A stretch of 64,000 bases of DNA from Vicugna vicugna (lineage: Eukaryota), in assembly GCA_013265495.1 (NCBI GenBank), contig MU058423.1, positions 6,929,449-6,993,448 of the forward strand, in the 5' to 3' direction. The translations under genes and the position numbers were made by a program. How positions within the stretch are numbered: the stretch's first letter is position 1; each line of letters starts with the position of its first letter. Positions 13,800 through 27,414 of the stretch are shown piece after piece. A model generated the notes under the pieces. It did not search any database, was not told the DNA's origin, and was given only the letters and a program-made list of their open reading frames with translations.

Positions 13800-14244
13800 T
13801 TTTTGTTGCAATAAATGCTGCATAACTAACAAACCTCAGGGGCATTTATAAAACATTTTATTTTTTATTCAGATTATGTGATGGCTGTGGGTCATCCAAG
13901 GTTCTGACAGATCCTGCTGGGTTCTGCTGAGCGGGATGTAGCTTCTCAGGGCAGGCTGAGGAGCGGTAGGGAAGGTGTAACCATTCTCTGGGATGTGCTT
14001 ATTGGAGAAAGCAGAGCATGTGGCCATGGCCAGGACATTTTGCAAAGCTTTTAAAGCTTCTGCTTGGATGAGGCACATAATGAACTCACTTACTATGCTT
14101 TGCCAGAATAAGTCACATGGATAACACTAACAATGGAATGAGGAATTACACAGCACCTACAGGGATTCATGCTAAGTCTGAGCATGGACAGTTCTCTTAC
14201 ACAGGAGGAGTGGATAACTGGGAACACTAAAACAGTCTACCACA
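13800..14244 (-). mobile_element. MaLR LTR (MLT1H/I/J-like)
   Basis: aatgctgcataactaacaaacctcagggg...gcttctgcttggat...ttgccagaataagtcacatgg...aaaacagtctaccaca. Confidence 0.6.
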
Positions 14245-14471
14245 ATGATACGGCCCAAGTAAATAAAACAATCTCTGTTGCATAAATATATACTGAATAT
14301 GTATTTTTAAGATTTAACTATTGATTTTTTTTTTAGATTTCACACCTGAAACTTAGATAATAAATAGTAAATAAATAATTTAACAATTGATTAAGATTAG
14401 GAAATTTACACATTATATATGTATAAGTATATGTTTTTGAATTAGGAAAATCAAAGACCACTGATCTACTC

Positions 14472-15310
14472 TAGGGGTCTACAAACTTGAGTCTACACAG
14501 ACCTGAGGATACGTGAAAGCTTTTCAGTAAGTGTGGTGGGCATCAGCATCACTGAAGGAATAGACATTCAAATCCTCAACTTCCGTGTTATTCTTTCCTA
14601 ATATTGTCCTTCCTAAGAAATCATTTCTAGTCTGCCAACTCTCCTATCTTAGTTCCCGTTTACAATTGCCCTTCTACCACATTACAAAAGAAGGCCTATT
14701 CCTTTCCCATGGAGAATCTTTTCAGCCCAGGGTCCAAAAATCTCCAGGGCATCAAACAAAGGAATGTGTTTCTCAGTAAAAGCACGGCAAAGAGGGCTTC
14801 ATGGGGTCTGTGTGCAATTTTATCCCTGTGACCCACTCCAGGCAAGGTTCCTTGTCATTACTCACTTTCTCCCTTAGCTAACTATCGTAGGGCTGAAATC
14901 CAAGGTGAGGAGGGTTACACTTGAATGTATGTTATTATTATTATGTTAAAAATAAAGTCTGATTCTCTTTGACAGAAAATAAAATTGATTTGGTTAATTG
15001 ATTTGACAATGAGACTGACTTTGTCAACTGGATTATATGGTGACATTGCCCATAAATTGAATGAGCTTAATCTGTTCCTCTGAGGTTATAATAAAATACA
15101 ATTAAAGCACTAAAGTTTATAATATATAATATTCAGGAGAACATATCCTCCACTAGTCATAGTCATTTTTATATGAAATTAAAATTAACAACAGGGTACA
15201 TAATATTTCAAAATTTTTTTACATGGTATACAAGCAGAAGTGATTCATCTGTACTGTGGAGACAGGACGAAAACGAGTTTCCAGTGTAGTATGAAGACAT
15301 TGAAGACCTG
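14472..15310 (+). mobile_element. hAT/Charlie DNA transposon remnant
   Basis: Decayed TIR-like ends (taggggtctacaa ... ttgaagacctg). The 15015-15090 region reads D*LCQLDYM / DIAHKLNELNLFL*G across a frameshift, resembling the Charlie transposase motif WLxxLAYxxDIFxKLNELNLxLQG. Confidence 0.6.
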
Positions 15311-15936
15311 TTTTGTCTAACTGACACTTACACATGAGGCTAGCCTTATATGTTACTTGCAAAAAGCTAAGGATTCCTAATGAACTTCTAAAATCTCCAC
15401 ACATGAAACCAAATACGGGGTTTTGTGATTGATACCTTTGAAGGTTTTATTTTGATGCGCTGGTATAAGAGCAGGTCTCCCGGCTACTGTGAAATAAGCA
15501 CAGGAACTGCAGCATCATAATAAGGATCTAAATGATATAATGGTTATTCTTTTGCACCTAAATTATGTAGTCTCTGTATTCACACATGGTAAACCGCAAT
15601 TGAGGGGCTGGAAGGGTTTGTTATGAGGGTGTAAAATAAATCATCCCAGGGCTGTAATGATTGAATTGCTGGGCTCAGCACGATCTACTTCAGTTATCAG
15701 AGTGAGGGTGAGGGCGCGGTCAAACAGTCAACCTCCTGAAAATTAAATGTACAGGAAAGAATGACTGGCTGTAAAGCAGTCTAAACTGTATACATTATAA
15801 AGTTGATTGGCTTAGACTGCGAGAACTGTGTTTTTAGCTACATAACAGTTCTTTGTCGCAGAAATTGTATTTTACATCCATCACCTGCCAGTGAAATATT
15901 GAGCTCCCCAACTAAATTTTGAAATGCATTCATTAT

Positions 15937-16141
15937 TTCTTTTTTTTCATTTTTTATTGATTTATAATCATTTTACAATGTTGTGTCAAATTCCAGTGTA
16001 GAGCACAATTTTTCAGTTATACACGAACATATATATATTCATTGTCACATTTTTTTCTCTGTGGGCTACCATAAGATCTTGTATGTATTTCCCTGTGCTA
16101 TACAGTATAATCTTGTCTATCTATTCTACATTTTGAAATCC
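15937..16141 (-). mobile_element. Young L1 3'-UTR fragment (same type as 6157-6964)
   Basis: Reverse complement of the 6775-6964 3' UTR, with a T tail and a short flanking repeat CATTAT (15931-15936, 16142-16147). Confidence 0.9.
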
Positions 16142-16479
16142 CATTATCTGATTCTGGTGACATTCTAGTCACACAATGACAGTACATACATGATTCTAAA
16201 TATCTACAAACAAAGGAAAGCTCTTGATCAACAATGCATGCTGCCAGATATCCAGTTACATTCCACATATTTGTTGTAAAAAGTGAAGGTATTTGATATC
16301 TCATGTTATTTTAGTATCACTTGGACACAGCAACAACAAAATTATAAAAAACTTATCACAAAAGACCATCATATAATTTTGATTTAAGTAGTTGGAAGGA
16401 AAGGACTTGAGAACCATGTTTGTGGTCAAAGCCGGGAAGTAAAGGCCCTTTTCCAGTGCTGTTGTAAGCCACTCTCATC

Positions 16480-17366
16480 TGGCTTGGTTTTACTTCACTT
16501 AGTATGACAATCTCCAGGTCCATCCACGTTGCGACAAATGGCATTATTTTATTCTTTTTTATTAGTATTATATAAAGGAGTAGCAATCAACTTATATATA
16601 TAAACATATTAAATATATATATATATATATATATACACACCACAACTTCTTTATCTAATCATCTGTGAGTGAAAATTTATTTAAGTTGCTTCCACATCTT
16701 GGCTATTGTGAATAGTGCTGCTATGAACACTGGGGTGCCTGTATCTTTTTTAATTAGCGTTTCCTCCAGATATATGCCCAAGACTGGGATTGCTAGATCA
16801 TATGATAAATTTACTTTTAGTTTTTCAAGGAATCTTCATACTGTTCTCCATAATGACTGCACCAAACTGCATTCCCACCAACCATGTAGGAGCGTTCCCT
16901 TTTCTCCACACCCTCTCCAGCATTTATTGTTTTGGGACGTTTTAATGATGGCCATTCTGACTGGTGTGAAGTGATACCTAACTGTAGTTTTGATTTGCAT
17001 TTCTCTGATAATTAGTGATATTGAGCATTTTTTCACGTGCCTATTGGCCATTTGTATGTTGTCACTGGAGAAATGTTTGTTTAGGTGTTCTGCCCAGTTT
17101 TGGATTGGGTTGTTTGTTTTTCTGTTACTGAGTTGTATGAGCTATTTGTATATTCTGGAAATTAAGCCCTTGTCAGTTGCATCGTTAGCAAATATTTTCT
17201 CCCATTCTTAGGTTGTCTTTTGGTTTTGTTTAGGGTTTCCTTTGTTGTACAAAAGCTTATAAGTTTAATCAGGTTCCATTTGTTTATTTTTGCTTTTACT
17301 TCTATTGCCTTGGTAGACTGCCCTAGGGGAACATTGCTAAGATTTATGTCAGAGAATGTTTTGCCT
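16480..17366 (-). mobile_element. L1 ORF2 3' fragment
   Basis: Minus-strand ORFs with L1 ORF2 C-terminal motifs ([21 protein letters not shown]...[33 protein letters not shown]). Confidence 0.92.
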
Positions 17367-17621
17367 AGCAAAATTGACTTATCATCTGAACTGCATCATA
17401 TACAATCTATATTGACTCCTTTTTAGAAAATATCCATCTTTGCATTCCTTGTATTTATACTAGTGTTCCTGTTCCCTATGATTAAATATTCTCCCCAGCT
17501 CTATTTATATTCACCTCAAAAGGCTTAGGGTTAATTCCCATGTTCACAGAAAGCTTTTTTTTTTTTTAATCTTCTCCAATCTACACTGAAGTCTTATTTA
17601 TCTGAACCTTTCATTGAGGTA

Positions 17622-17975
17622 TTCTATGGACTGAATGTTTGTGTCCCCACAAATCATATGTTGAAACTTCTCACTGTGACGGAGATGAATCTTTTGGGAG
17701 GTGATTAGATCATGAGAGTGGAGCCCTCATAACAGGATTAGTGCTCTTAGAAAAAGAGACATGGGAGACCTTGCTTCCTTGCTCTCTCTCTGCCACAGTA
17801 AGAATACTAAAAGAGAGCCATCTATAAACCAGGAAGAGAGCTCTCACCAAAAATCAAATGGATTGACACCTTAATCTTGGACTTTTAAGCCTCCAGAACT
17901 GTGATAAATAAATGTTTATTGTTTAAGCCACTCAGTCTGTGATTATTTATCATTGCAACTCAAGCTGACTAACGT
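17622..17975 (+). mobile_element. Solo MaLR LTR (MLT1A-like) inserted in an L2 remnant (~17450-18130)
   Basis: ctatggactgaatgtttgtgtcccc...gcctccagaactgtga..aataaatgtttattgtttaagccac...gctgactaa. Candidate 5-bp TSD AGGTA at 17617-17621 and 17976-17980. Confidence 0.85.
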
Positions 17976-18659
17976 AGGTACAAATATTATTATTTTAAAA
18001 TTAGATATACATACTCCCCAAATTGTGCCTAAGCACTATGGAGGTAGAAATCATTCCTTTTAACCCATTTATCTCCTTCACAGAATTTAACACTATGCTA
18101 CGCACTTCAAAGATGTTTAATTGATTTGTTGAATTGTCTTTAATAAGTAGCTTTGAGTTAGTAGCTTTCTAAATTTTACACATCAGAGAAGTCCTTTTGA
18201 AACTGTGTTCTTCATTTCTTTTTTTAACTTACAGCTATTGATAATTTACTAGATGACCAACACCAAATACTGATGTTATGCCAGTAAAAAATATAAGTAC
18301 CTTGATCTCATGATACTTACACACTAATGGCCATGGATAGATATAATACTTTCATTCATTTGCACAGTGCTTTTCCTATAAGAAAAAAAAATGGAAGATC
18401 TCAGTGAAAAATGTCCTATTAAAGTTTTTGATTTGGCCCTAATTTACTCTTAAATAATCTGTGGTTTCTGTTTACCTTTTATTATTCTTTTGAGTTTTGG
18501 GTACTATATGGTGTTGACCATGGGAAACTCCAAAATGAGGAAAATTTGGATTTTAGTATTGTTTATTACATTTTAGTGGTCTTTGACCTCATCGCCTCTT
18601 AAGGCATTTTCCAGTGGGAGAACTGCACCAAGAAATAGAAGTATTACAGTTTGGGGGTT

Positions 18660-18757
18660 AGGGCCTTTTGGATTTGAATCTAGAGTCTGACACTTATTAA
18701 TTGCATAATTTGATAGTCAAATGCTCAGAGCCTCAGTTTCCACATCTGTAAAACAGA
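18660..18757 (+). mobile_element. MIR fragment
   Basis: ggatttgaatc...gagcctcagtttccacatctgtaaaac. Confidence 0.65.
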
Positions 18758-19861
18758 GTTGGGAGCTGAGACAATGGCTGAGGAGAGACCAGCAGAATAT
18801 CTATCACTTCTCTGCTGCTCCCCACCTGCTACTGCTCCAGGACTCCCTCGAGTGCTCGGAGAGGCTACAAGAGAGTGGTAGAATGTGTGGTTCCAAGACT
18901 TGAATTTTTAATGATTTTTTTTGATAGCTGAACTTCTTTTTCTAGCACTCTGTTAAGAGCTTGAACCAAAAACAACAGAGAAAAGAATATTCAGATGAAT
19001 GTGCTTTTCTAGATCTTCTGGGAAATATTATGTATCTCTTCTCTTTTTCACCCACCACACAACCTCACTGAGTCCTACTAAGTATCTCAGGAAAAGATGA
19101 CAATATATTAACAAAAAGTGAAAGTCTCCTTCTGAAAGTGAGGTTTTCCAGACCAACTCATTGGCTTTGTGGCAAAGAGTACCGTCACACGTCCGGGGCT
19201 TTGTTGCCTCAAGTCAGTTCCTGTGGTTCCCATAGCTGGAAGGAAATCAGAAGAGGGAAAGACAGATGTTGGTCAAGGCTAACCATTAGTCAGCAACAGC
19301 AGTTTCACATGTTTGAAATCACATTGTGGCTTTTTCAGTTTGATTCTTATTGTCTGTTTGGCCTGAACATCTGCCACTCTTGTTGTGAAGCTAAGGATCA
19401 TAAAGACTGGTGTTCCTTAATGTCACATTGCTTTAGTACCTCACAACTAATGCCAATCTCTCAAAAGATGGAGCATATTTTATTGGTACTTTGGAGTTTA
19501 CAATTCAAGGATCCAGTGATGATTTTAAAGAACATTCTTTGCGTTTCACTTGCTCTAAAGGAAGGCAAAGCTTATTCTCCTGAAAAATGTGTGGTTAATT
19601 TTTAACAGCCATGCCACTGAAAGCCAGCTATGTCTAACATGAAAGTGATACATAGATAATCCACTGCCCCTCGATCCCTTTTACCAGGATGCTTCCCTTC
19701 TCCAAAGCATTAACTCACATAGCACGCGTATCCTTGAAGCTGGAGTCACATGGGCAGTTCATATCTAAGCTTTGCTCACCATTTGCTGTGTGGCCTTGAG
19801 CACATCCTCGTGCCTTGCTTAGCCTCATTTTCTGATATGTAATTGACAATTGCCAAGAATT

Positions 19862-20065
19862 GTGAAGGGGCTGATATTTTGCCCTAAGTTTAAGCTAATA
19901 CATTCACGTGCCTCATTTTCATGGATGCTGACAGAAGACATAAAACTACAGGGTCTGAGGGAAAGGACAGTTTATTACTTACAGCAGTAACAGCTGACAG
20001 ATAATCACTTTCCTGTGCCCTTTCCCCAAGCCTCAGCTCTCACAAGGCAACACAATGAGGGCTTT
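19862..20065 (-). mobile_element. Old ERVL-type LTR fragment (preceded by a MIR at ~19735-19850)
   Basis: tgtgaagggg...catggatgctgacagaagacataaaactacagggtctgagggaaaggacagtttattacttacagc, with a reverse-strand AATAAA. Confidence 0.45.
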
Positions 20066-21479
20066 TGAAATTCCAGAGTGGAAGGGACGTTTATATTAAC
20101 ATTTACTGAATCATCCATTTTTTTTTTTTGAAGAACAGTGTTTCACGCTCACTTTCAGTTTTTGCCTTTTTCACTGAATATAGAGATTGTCTAGGTAGAT
20201 CTGTTTTTCTGGGTTTAGTCAGGGAATTGTCCTGTCTCTTCAAAAAGGGCCAAGACTCAGAGGGTCTAAGTATTTCTTATTTCTTATGAACAACATCCTT
20301 TCTTCCGTTGTACCTGGTACCTCTGAGCCCTCAGCCTTAATGGATTCTGCGGCATGAAAGCCTTACTTATTGGCTTCTTGCCTGAGACCTAGGTTTTGGG
20401 TTTTTTTTTCTCCGGTTTTCTAAATCAAGCACCACTTTCCATCTATTTTCTGGCTTCTAGAATTTTATTAAATGACATGTTTGTGTTAAATATATTCCCT
20501 TTTTCTTTGTCCACGTAGATTTATACCTATTTTGTTCCCTCACTCTCATTTAAATCAAATTTAAGTAGGAGGCGCAGCTTAATGAAAAATTCCTGCAAGC
20601 ATGATTTTAGAAGTCTTTGTTCTGAGGTATTGCAAATGTTTTTATACTTTTTTGAGTCCCAAGTTATTAGTTTCTATAAACAAACCTAACATAAATAAAT
20701 GGTTCTATGGCATTTAATTATTTTTCCTTAACTTTTTTTTTCTCCCCTAGAAATAAAAATCTTATTTATTTGGCTGTGGAGACTTATGACACAAACAATT
20801 TTTCTGAATTCTTAAAAGGATAATAATTATTTCATCTTCAAGGTGAAGTTAATATCATATGATCTTGTGTAAAATTCTTGTCCTGACTCTTCTTCCAACT
20901 GGCTGCATCTTCTGTTTGATTTAATTTCTCTGATGTATAAGAAATCTCAGTGCTTTTGTAAAGATGCAGTGTGACATTATACATATTAAAATGGCTTAAA
21001 TACAGCAAGATATTATGTAAATGTAAAAGGTTAAAGGAAAATAGTCTACATAATTTAAACTTTTAAAAACAGTGCTATTTTTTCCAAATCATCATTTTGG
21101 TTGATTTCTTTGTATCCTCTCCAATTCCCTGATATTCTTCTTAGAATATAGAGTTCCATCCTCGATGTAGTACCTTCAGATGAGACTTCACCAATGCCAA
21201 CTACACTGCTCTCTGTTTTTATTCACTCCATTTACATGTTGCATTTTGTCAGCTTTTGAAGTGTATGTGGAATTCCATTTTAACAAATATCATTGTAATG
21301 CCAGTTCTCCAAAAGGAAATATTTCCAGGTTCCAAAACACATGAAAAGGGAGTATGACAGTTCAAATACTATTTTACTGACTTGGATACAGCAATCTGTA
21401 TTAAATGAAAGATTCTGTTTACAAGCCATATTCAGAAATCCCTGTCTAACTAATGATATTTTAAATGTAGAACTTGTCC

Positions 21480-24400
21480 TTTATTTTGTTCTTTTTGAAG
21501 TATAGTCAGTTTGCAATGTTGTGTCAATTTCTGCTGTACAGTATAATTTTTCAGTCATACATATACAAACATATATATGTTTTCATGTGCTTTATCATAG
21601 TAAGTTACAAGAGAATGAATGTCCCTGTGCTCTACAGTAGAAACTTGTTTATCTATTTTATACATAGCAGTTAGTATCTGCAAATCTCAAGCTCCCAATT
21701 TATCCCTTCCCACCTTCTTTCCCCCTGGTGACCATAATTTTGTTTTCTATGTCAGTGAGACTGTTTCTGAGTTGTAAATAAGTCCATTTGTGTCTTTTTT
21801 TTTTTTTAGATTCCACATATGAGTGATATCATATAGTATATTTCTCTCTTTCTGGCTTACTTCACTTAGAATAATCATCTCCAGTTACACCTTTGTTGCT
21901 GCAAATGGCTTTATTTTAGTCTTTTATATGGCAGAGTAGTATTCCATTGTATAAATATACCACAACTTCTTTTTCCAGTTATCAGTCAATGGACATTTAA
22001 GTTGTTTCCATGTCTTGGCTATTGTAGTCTGTTTTTAGTTTTTCAAAGACCCTCCATACTGTTTTCCATAATGACTATACCAAATTACATCTCACCACAG
22101 TGTAGGAAGGTTCCCTTATCTCCACGCCCTCTCCAGCGTTTATCATTTGTGGATTTTTTTAATGATGGCCATTCTGACTGATGTGAAGTGATACCTCCTT
22201 GCAGTTTTGATTTGCATTTCTCTGATAATTAGCGATATTGAACATTTTTTTTTCATGTACCTGGCCATTTGTATATCTTCATTGGAGAAATGCTTGTTGA
22301 GGTGTTATGCCCATTTTTGGATTGTGTTGTTTGTTTATTTCTTTTTAAGATGTGTGAGCTGTTTATATGTTCTGGAAATTAAGCCATTATCAGTCTCATC
22401 TTTTGCAAATATTTTCTCCTATTCCATAGGTTGTCTTTTTGTTTTGCTTATGATTTCCTTTGCTGTTCAAAAGTTTATAAGTTTAATTAGGTTCCATTTG
22501 TTTATTTTTGCCTTTATTTCTATTGCCTGGGTAGACTGCCCTAGGAGAATATTGCTAAGATTTAGGTCAGAGAATGTTTTGCCTATGTTTTCTTCTAGAA
22601 AATTTATAGTGCCTTGTCTTATGTTTAAGTCTTTAAGCCATTTTGAGTTTATTTTTATGTATAGTGTGAGGGAGTGTTCTAAATTCATTGGTTTACATGC
22701 AACTCTCCAGTTTCCCCAGCACCAGTTGCTGAATAGACTGTCTTTTCTCCATTGTGTGTTCTTGGCTCCTTTACTGAAGATTAATTGACCTTAAGTCTGT
22801 GGATTTATTTCTGGGCTCTCTATTCTGTTCTGATGATCCATATGTCTGTTTTTGTACCAATATCACACTGTTTTAATTACTGTAGCTCTGTAGTATTATC
22901 TGAAGTCTGAGAGGGTTATTCCTCCAGCTTCACTTGTTTTCTTCAGTGTTTCTTTGGTAATTCTGTGTCTTTTGTGATTCCATATAAGTTTTAGGATTAC
23001 TTGTTCTAGTTCTGTGACAAATGTCATGGGTAATTTGATAGGGATCACATTAAATCTATAGATTGCTTTGGGTAGTATGGCCATTTAAAAAATATTAATT
23101 CTTCCCATCCAAGAGCATGGGATATCTTTCCATTTCTTTAGGTCATCTTTAATAATCAATGTTTTGTAATTCTCCACATACAAGCCTTTCACCATCTTGG
23201 TCAAATTTATTCCTAAGTATTTTATTTTTTTGGATGCAATTTTTAAAGGGACTGTTTCTTTATTTTCCTTTTCTGATATTTCATTGTTAGTGTGAAGAAA
23301 TAAAACTGATTTCTGTATATTAATCTTGTATCCTACTATTTTGCTGAATTCTTTTATCTGCTCTAGTAGTTATTGTGTGGAGCCTTTAGGATTTTCAATA
23401 TATAGTATCATCTTGTCCACATATAATGCTGATTTTACCTTGTCTCTTCCAATTTGCATCCCTTTTAAAATTTTTCTTGTATGAGTTGTATGGCTAGGAC
23501 TTCCAATGCTATGTTGAATAGAAGTGGTGAGGGTGGACATCTTTGTCTTTTCCAGATTTTAGCAGAAAGGCTTTCAACTTTTCACTGTTGTGTATTATGT
23601 TGGCTGTGGGTTTGTCATATTAGCTTTCATCATGGTGAGATATGTTCCCTCTATACACACTTTGGTAAATTTTTTATCATAAATGGGTGTTGAATTTTAT
23701 CAAATGCTCTTTCTGCATCTATTGAGATGATCATGTGATTTTTGTCCTTTCTTTTGTGGACGTGTTGTATCACGTTGATTGATTTGCATGTGTTGACCCA
23801 TATTTGTGTCACTGGGATGAATCCAACGTGATCATAGTGTATGATCTTTCTTATGTGTTGTTGGATTCTGTTTCCTAATATTTTGTTGAGAATTTTTGCA
23901 TCTATGTTTATCAATGATATTGGCCTGTAATTTTCTTTTTTGGTAGTGTCTTTGTCTGGTTTTGGTATCAGTGTGATGGTGGCTTCATAGAATGAGTTTG
24001 GGAGTATTCCCTCCTCTTCAGTCTTTTGGAAGAGTTTGAGAAGGGCTGATATGAGCTCTTCTTTGCACATTTGGTAGAATTTCCCAGTGAAGCCATCTGA
24101 TTTTTGTTTGCAGGGAGGTATTTTATTGCTGATTCTAGCCATCAACCTGTTCAAATGATCTATTTCTTCTTGATTCAGTCTTGGTGGACTGTATGTTTCC
24201 AGAAACTTGTCCATTTCTTCTAGGTTGTCCAATTTGTTGCCATTTTTCTTGTATGTCATAGTACTGTCTTTTTTTTTTTTTTGTATTTCTGTAGTGTTGG
24301 TTGTAATTTCTTCATTTTACTTTCTTATTTTGTTATATTTGTGTCCTCTCTTCTTCTTGGTGAGAGTGGCCAGAGGTTTGTCAATTTTGTTTACATTTTC

Positions 24401-27400
24401 AAAAAGCCAGCTCTTGGTATTATTGCTTTTTTTCTACTTTTTTTTTTAAATCTCTATTTTATTTATTTCCTCCCTAATCTTCATTAATTCTTTGCTTCTT
24501 CTGACTTTAGGTTTGGTTTGCTCTTTTTTCTCTTTTAGGTGGTAGGTTAATTTTTTTATTTGAGATTGTTCTTATTTTTTGAGGAAGGACTTTATCACTA
24601 TGAACTCCCCACTTAGGACTGCTTTTGCTGCATCCCATAGATTTTGTGTGGTTGTGTTTTCCTTGTCATTTTCTCAAGGTGTTTTCCAATTTCTTCTTTG
24701 CTTTCATCATTGACTCATTGATATTTTTAGTAGCAGGTTGTTTAGTCTCTGTGCAGTCATTTTTTTTTCTCTCTCTCTCTTTGTTTTTCCTGTGGTTGAT
24801 TTCTAGTTTCATGCCATTGTGGTCACAAAAGATGCTTGAAATATCTTCTATCCTCTTAAATTTGTTGAGGCTTCTTTTGTGCCTGAGTATATGGTCTATC
24901 CTAGAGAATGTTCCATGCTCACTTAAAAAGAATGTATATTCTCTTTTGGGGAGATGTAATTCTTAAAAATATCAACAAAGTTTAACTATTCTGTTGTGTC
25001 AATTAGCATCTTCTTTGCCTTATTGGTTTTATTTCTGGAAGATCTGTCCAATGATGTTAGTGGGGTGTAAAAGTCTCCTACTATTATTATTTTTCCATCA
25101 ATTTCTCCCTTTATGTCTGTTAGTTTTTGTTTTATATATTTAGATGCTCCTATATTGGGTGCATATATGTTAACAAGTGTAATATCCTCATCTTGTATTG
25201 CTCCCTTTATCATTCTATAGTGTTCTTTCGTACCTTTCTTTGATATTTGTTTTAAAGTCTATTTTGTCTGATATGAGGATAGATACTACCACTTTCTTAT
25301 CATTTTTATTTGCATAAAATATCTTTTCCAATCCTCACTTTCAATCTATGTGTGTTCTTCACCCTAAAGTGGATCTCTTGTCAGCAGCGTATTGTAGGCT
25401 CTTGTTTTATTTTCCAGTCTGCCACTCTATGTCTTTCGATTGGAGTACTTAGTCCATTGACATTTATGGTACTTATTGATACATGCATATTTATTGCTAT
25501 TTTAAACTTAGTTTTCCCATAGATTTGGTATTTATTCTTTGTTCCTTTCTTTTTTTTCTGTTTTTTGGGTTTTTTTGTGACTTGATATTTTTCTTTTGTA
25601 TTAGCTTGGTTTATCTTTGGTTTTTGTGATTCTATTGTATGCTTTTGAGACTATTGTATGCTTTTGTTTTGTGGTTACCCCATTTTTTAAGTATGTTAAC
25701 TCATTACTATATCTTTTTGCTTTAGACTGGTAATCATACAGGCTAACATATTCTAAGAAGAATGAAAAGAGAATCTACATTTTCTTGCTTCCCTCTCCCA
25801 CCTTTTATGATTTTAATGTACTCTTTTACATCTTCATATTTATTCTCTTGCAGCTCATTGTAGTTATTGCATTTCCAGTTATGGTTTTCTCTTTTCTATA
25901 GCTTTCTGCTTCTTTTCTATTTAGAGTAGACCTTTTAATATTTATTTTAGGATAGTTTAGTATTGCTGAATTCTTTTAGATTTTACTTGTCTGTCAAATT
26001 CTTTATCTCTCCTTCTATTCTAAGGGATAGTCTTGCTGGGTAGAATATCTTAGGTTGCAAATTATTCTCATTCAAGACTTTCAATGATATCTTGCCCTTC
26101 TGGCTAGCAGTGTTTGTGTAGAGAAATCAGCTGAAAGCCTTATGGGGGTTCCCTTGTAACTAAATCTTTTGTTTTTGTTTTGTTTTGTTTTGTTTTGCAG
26201 CCTTTAGAATAGTTTTTTTTTATCTTTACTTTTGGCCACCTAAATTATAATATGTCTTGGTGTAGGTCTATTTGGGTTCTTCTTGTCAGGGATCTGCTCT
26301 GCTTCTTTTACTTGAATATCTGTTTCCTTCTTTAGGTTTGGGAATTTTTCAGTCATGATTTCTTCAAATACATTTTCAATTCCCTTTTCTCTTTCTTCTC
26401 CTTCTGGAACCCCTATTATGTGTCCCTCAGGTTCTGCACCTGCAGAGCCCAGTGCAGATCCACCGATGTCAGGCACTAGGACATGCTGTAGTGTGTGTGC
26501 AGTCACACACCTGGATCTATGTGCCACAGGATCAGCCCAGATCCCAGCCCAGGGTTTGTGTATGGTATGCAGGCCCACTGTTAATGCTAAACCCGCCCCT
26601 GCCATGCGCCAGAACTCTGCTTGATTGTCTCAGAGGTGTGGGTCCACAAAGGCACCAGCAGAGAAAATCCACCACCACTGCCTGGAGCTAGTATCAAATC
26701 TGAACCCTAACTGCAAAGTTGTGGGACCCCTGGGTATGGATTCAGGTTTCAGCCCTGCCAGCTATTGTGCCCCTCCAGAGCAAGCCGAGAAGGTGGCTGT
26801 GTCTGAATCCCACCCCTCTTCTCCAGAGAAAATGTGCCAGCGATGGTGCAGAGCAATGCCCTCTAGGCTAGTGGAGGAGGCTGCTGTGGCCAGGCTGCGT
26901 TGCGCCCCTCCTCGCATGCACACCCGTAGTGGTACTGTCTATGGAGTGACCAAGGCTGACTTGCTCTCTCTCCCACCCTCAACCTGCACCGCATTCCGCT
27001 GCCTGAGGCTGCCTCTATGCAGTCGGCCCCAGTTCTCTCCCCGGGCTCCTCTGCAGAAGGCTGAGCTCCAACAGCCCGGCCTGGCCTGCCCCCACTGGGC
27101 CATGTCTCAGGCTAGGGGTCACAGGGCCCCTCTGCTGGTTCCCTCAGTTCTGTCTGCCAAGCGGCTGCTGCTCGCTCCTCCACGCCTCTGAAGGGCCCTT
27201 TCTGCCCCTGCTGACTTCCCCCTGGAGAAGGGCCTCCCAGGGTCAGGGTGCTTTTCCTTCTTTTCCGCTCCCTCCCCAGGGGACAGGTCCCACACCAACT
27301 TCTTTTTTCTTCTTTATTCTTACTATTTTTTGTGAGGATTCTTTTTGCATTTCCAAAGCAAGAACTATTCTGCCAAAGCTCAGTAGCTATTCTGTGTGAA

Positions 27401-27410
27401 TTGTTCCAAA
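21480..27410 (-). mobile_element. Near-full-length L1 with internal deletions (5' UTR, partial ORF1, disrupted ORF2, 3' UTR)
   Basis: Minus-strand fragments: ORF1 (IIGVPEGEEREKGIENVFEEI...RPTPRHIII), endonuclease (ITLVNIYAPNIGA...IVGDF), RT ([19 protein letters not shown]...[18 protein letters not shown]) and C-terminus. GC-rich 5' UTR at ~26420-27400; T-rich tail at ~21480. Many stops and frameshifts. Confidence 0.95.
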
Positions 27411-27414
27411 CTAC

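Noticed and set aside
15776..15820. Hairpin gcagtctaa...ttagactgc as a miRNA or structured RNA
   Set aside because: The stem is only 9 bp with a 27-nt loop; this is too short for a pre-miRNA and expected by chance in 64 kb.
19138..19605. 155-aa ORF in non-repetitive sequence
   Set aside because: GTG start, no recognisable domain, and no convincing splice boundaries.
22207..22788. Hydrophobic 193-aa ORF and similar ones at 16990, 24625 and 53939
   Set aside because: These are antisense frames of A-rich L1 ORF2, a common source of spurious membrane-like ORFs.
26420..27300. GC-rich island as a host gene promoter
   Set aside because: Its position and context identify it as the 5' UTR of the minus-strand L1.
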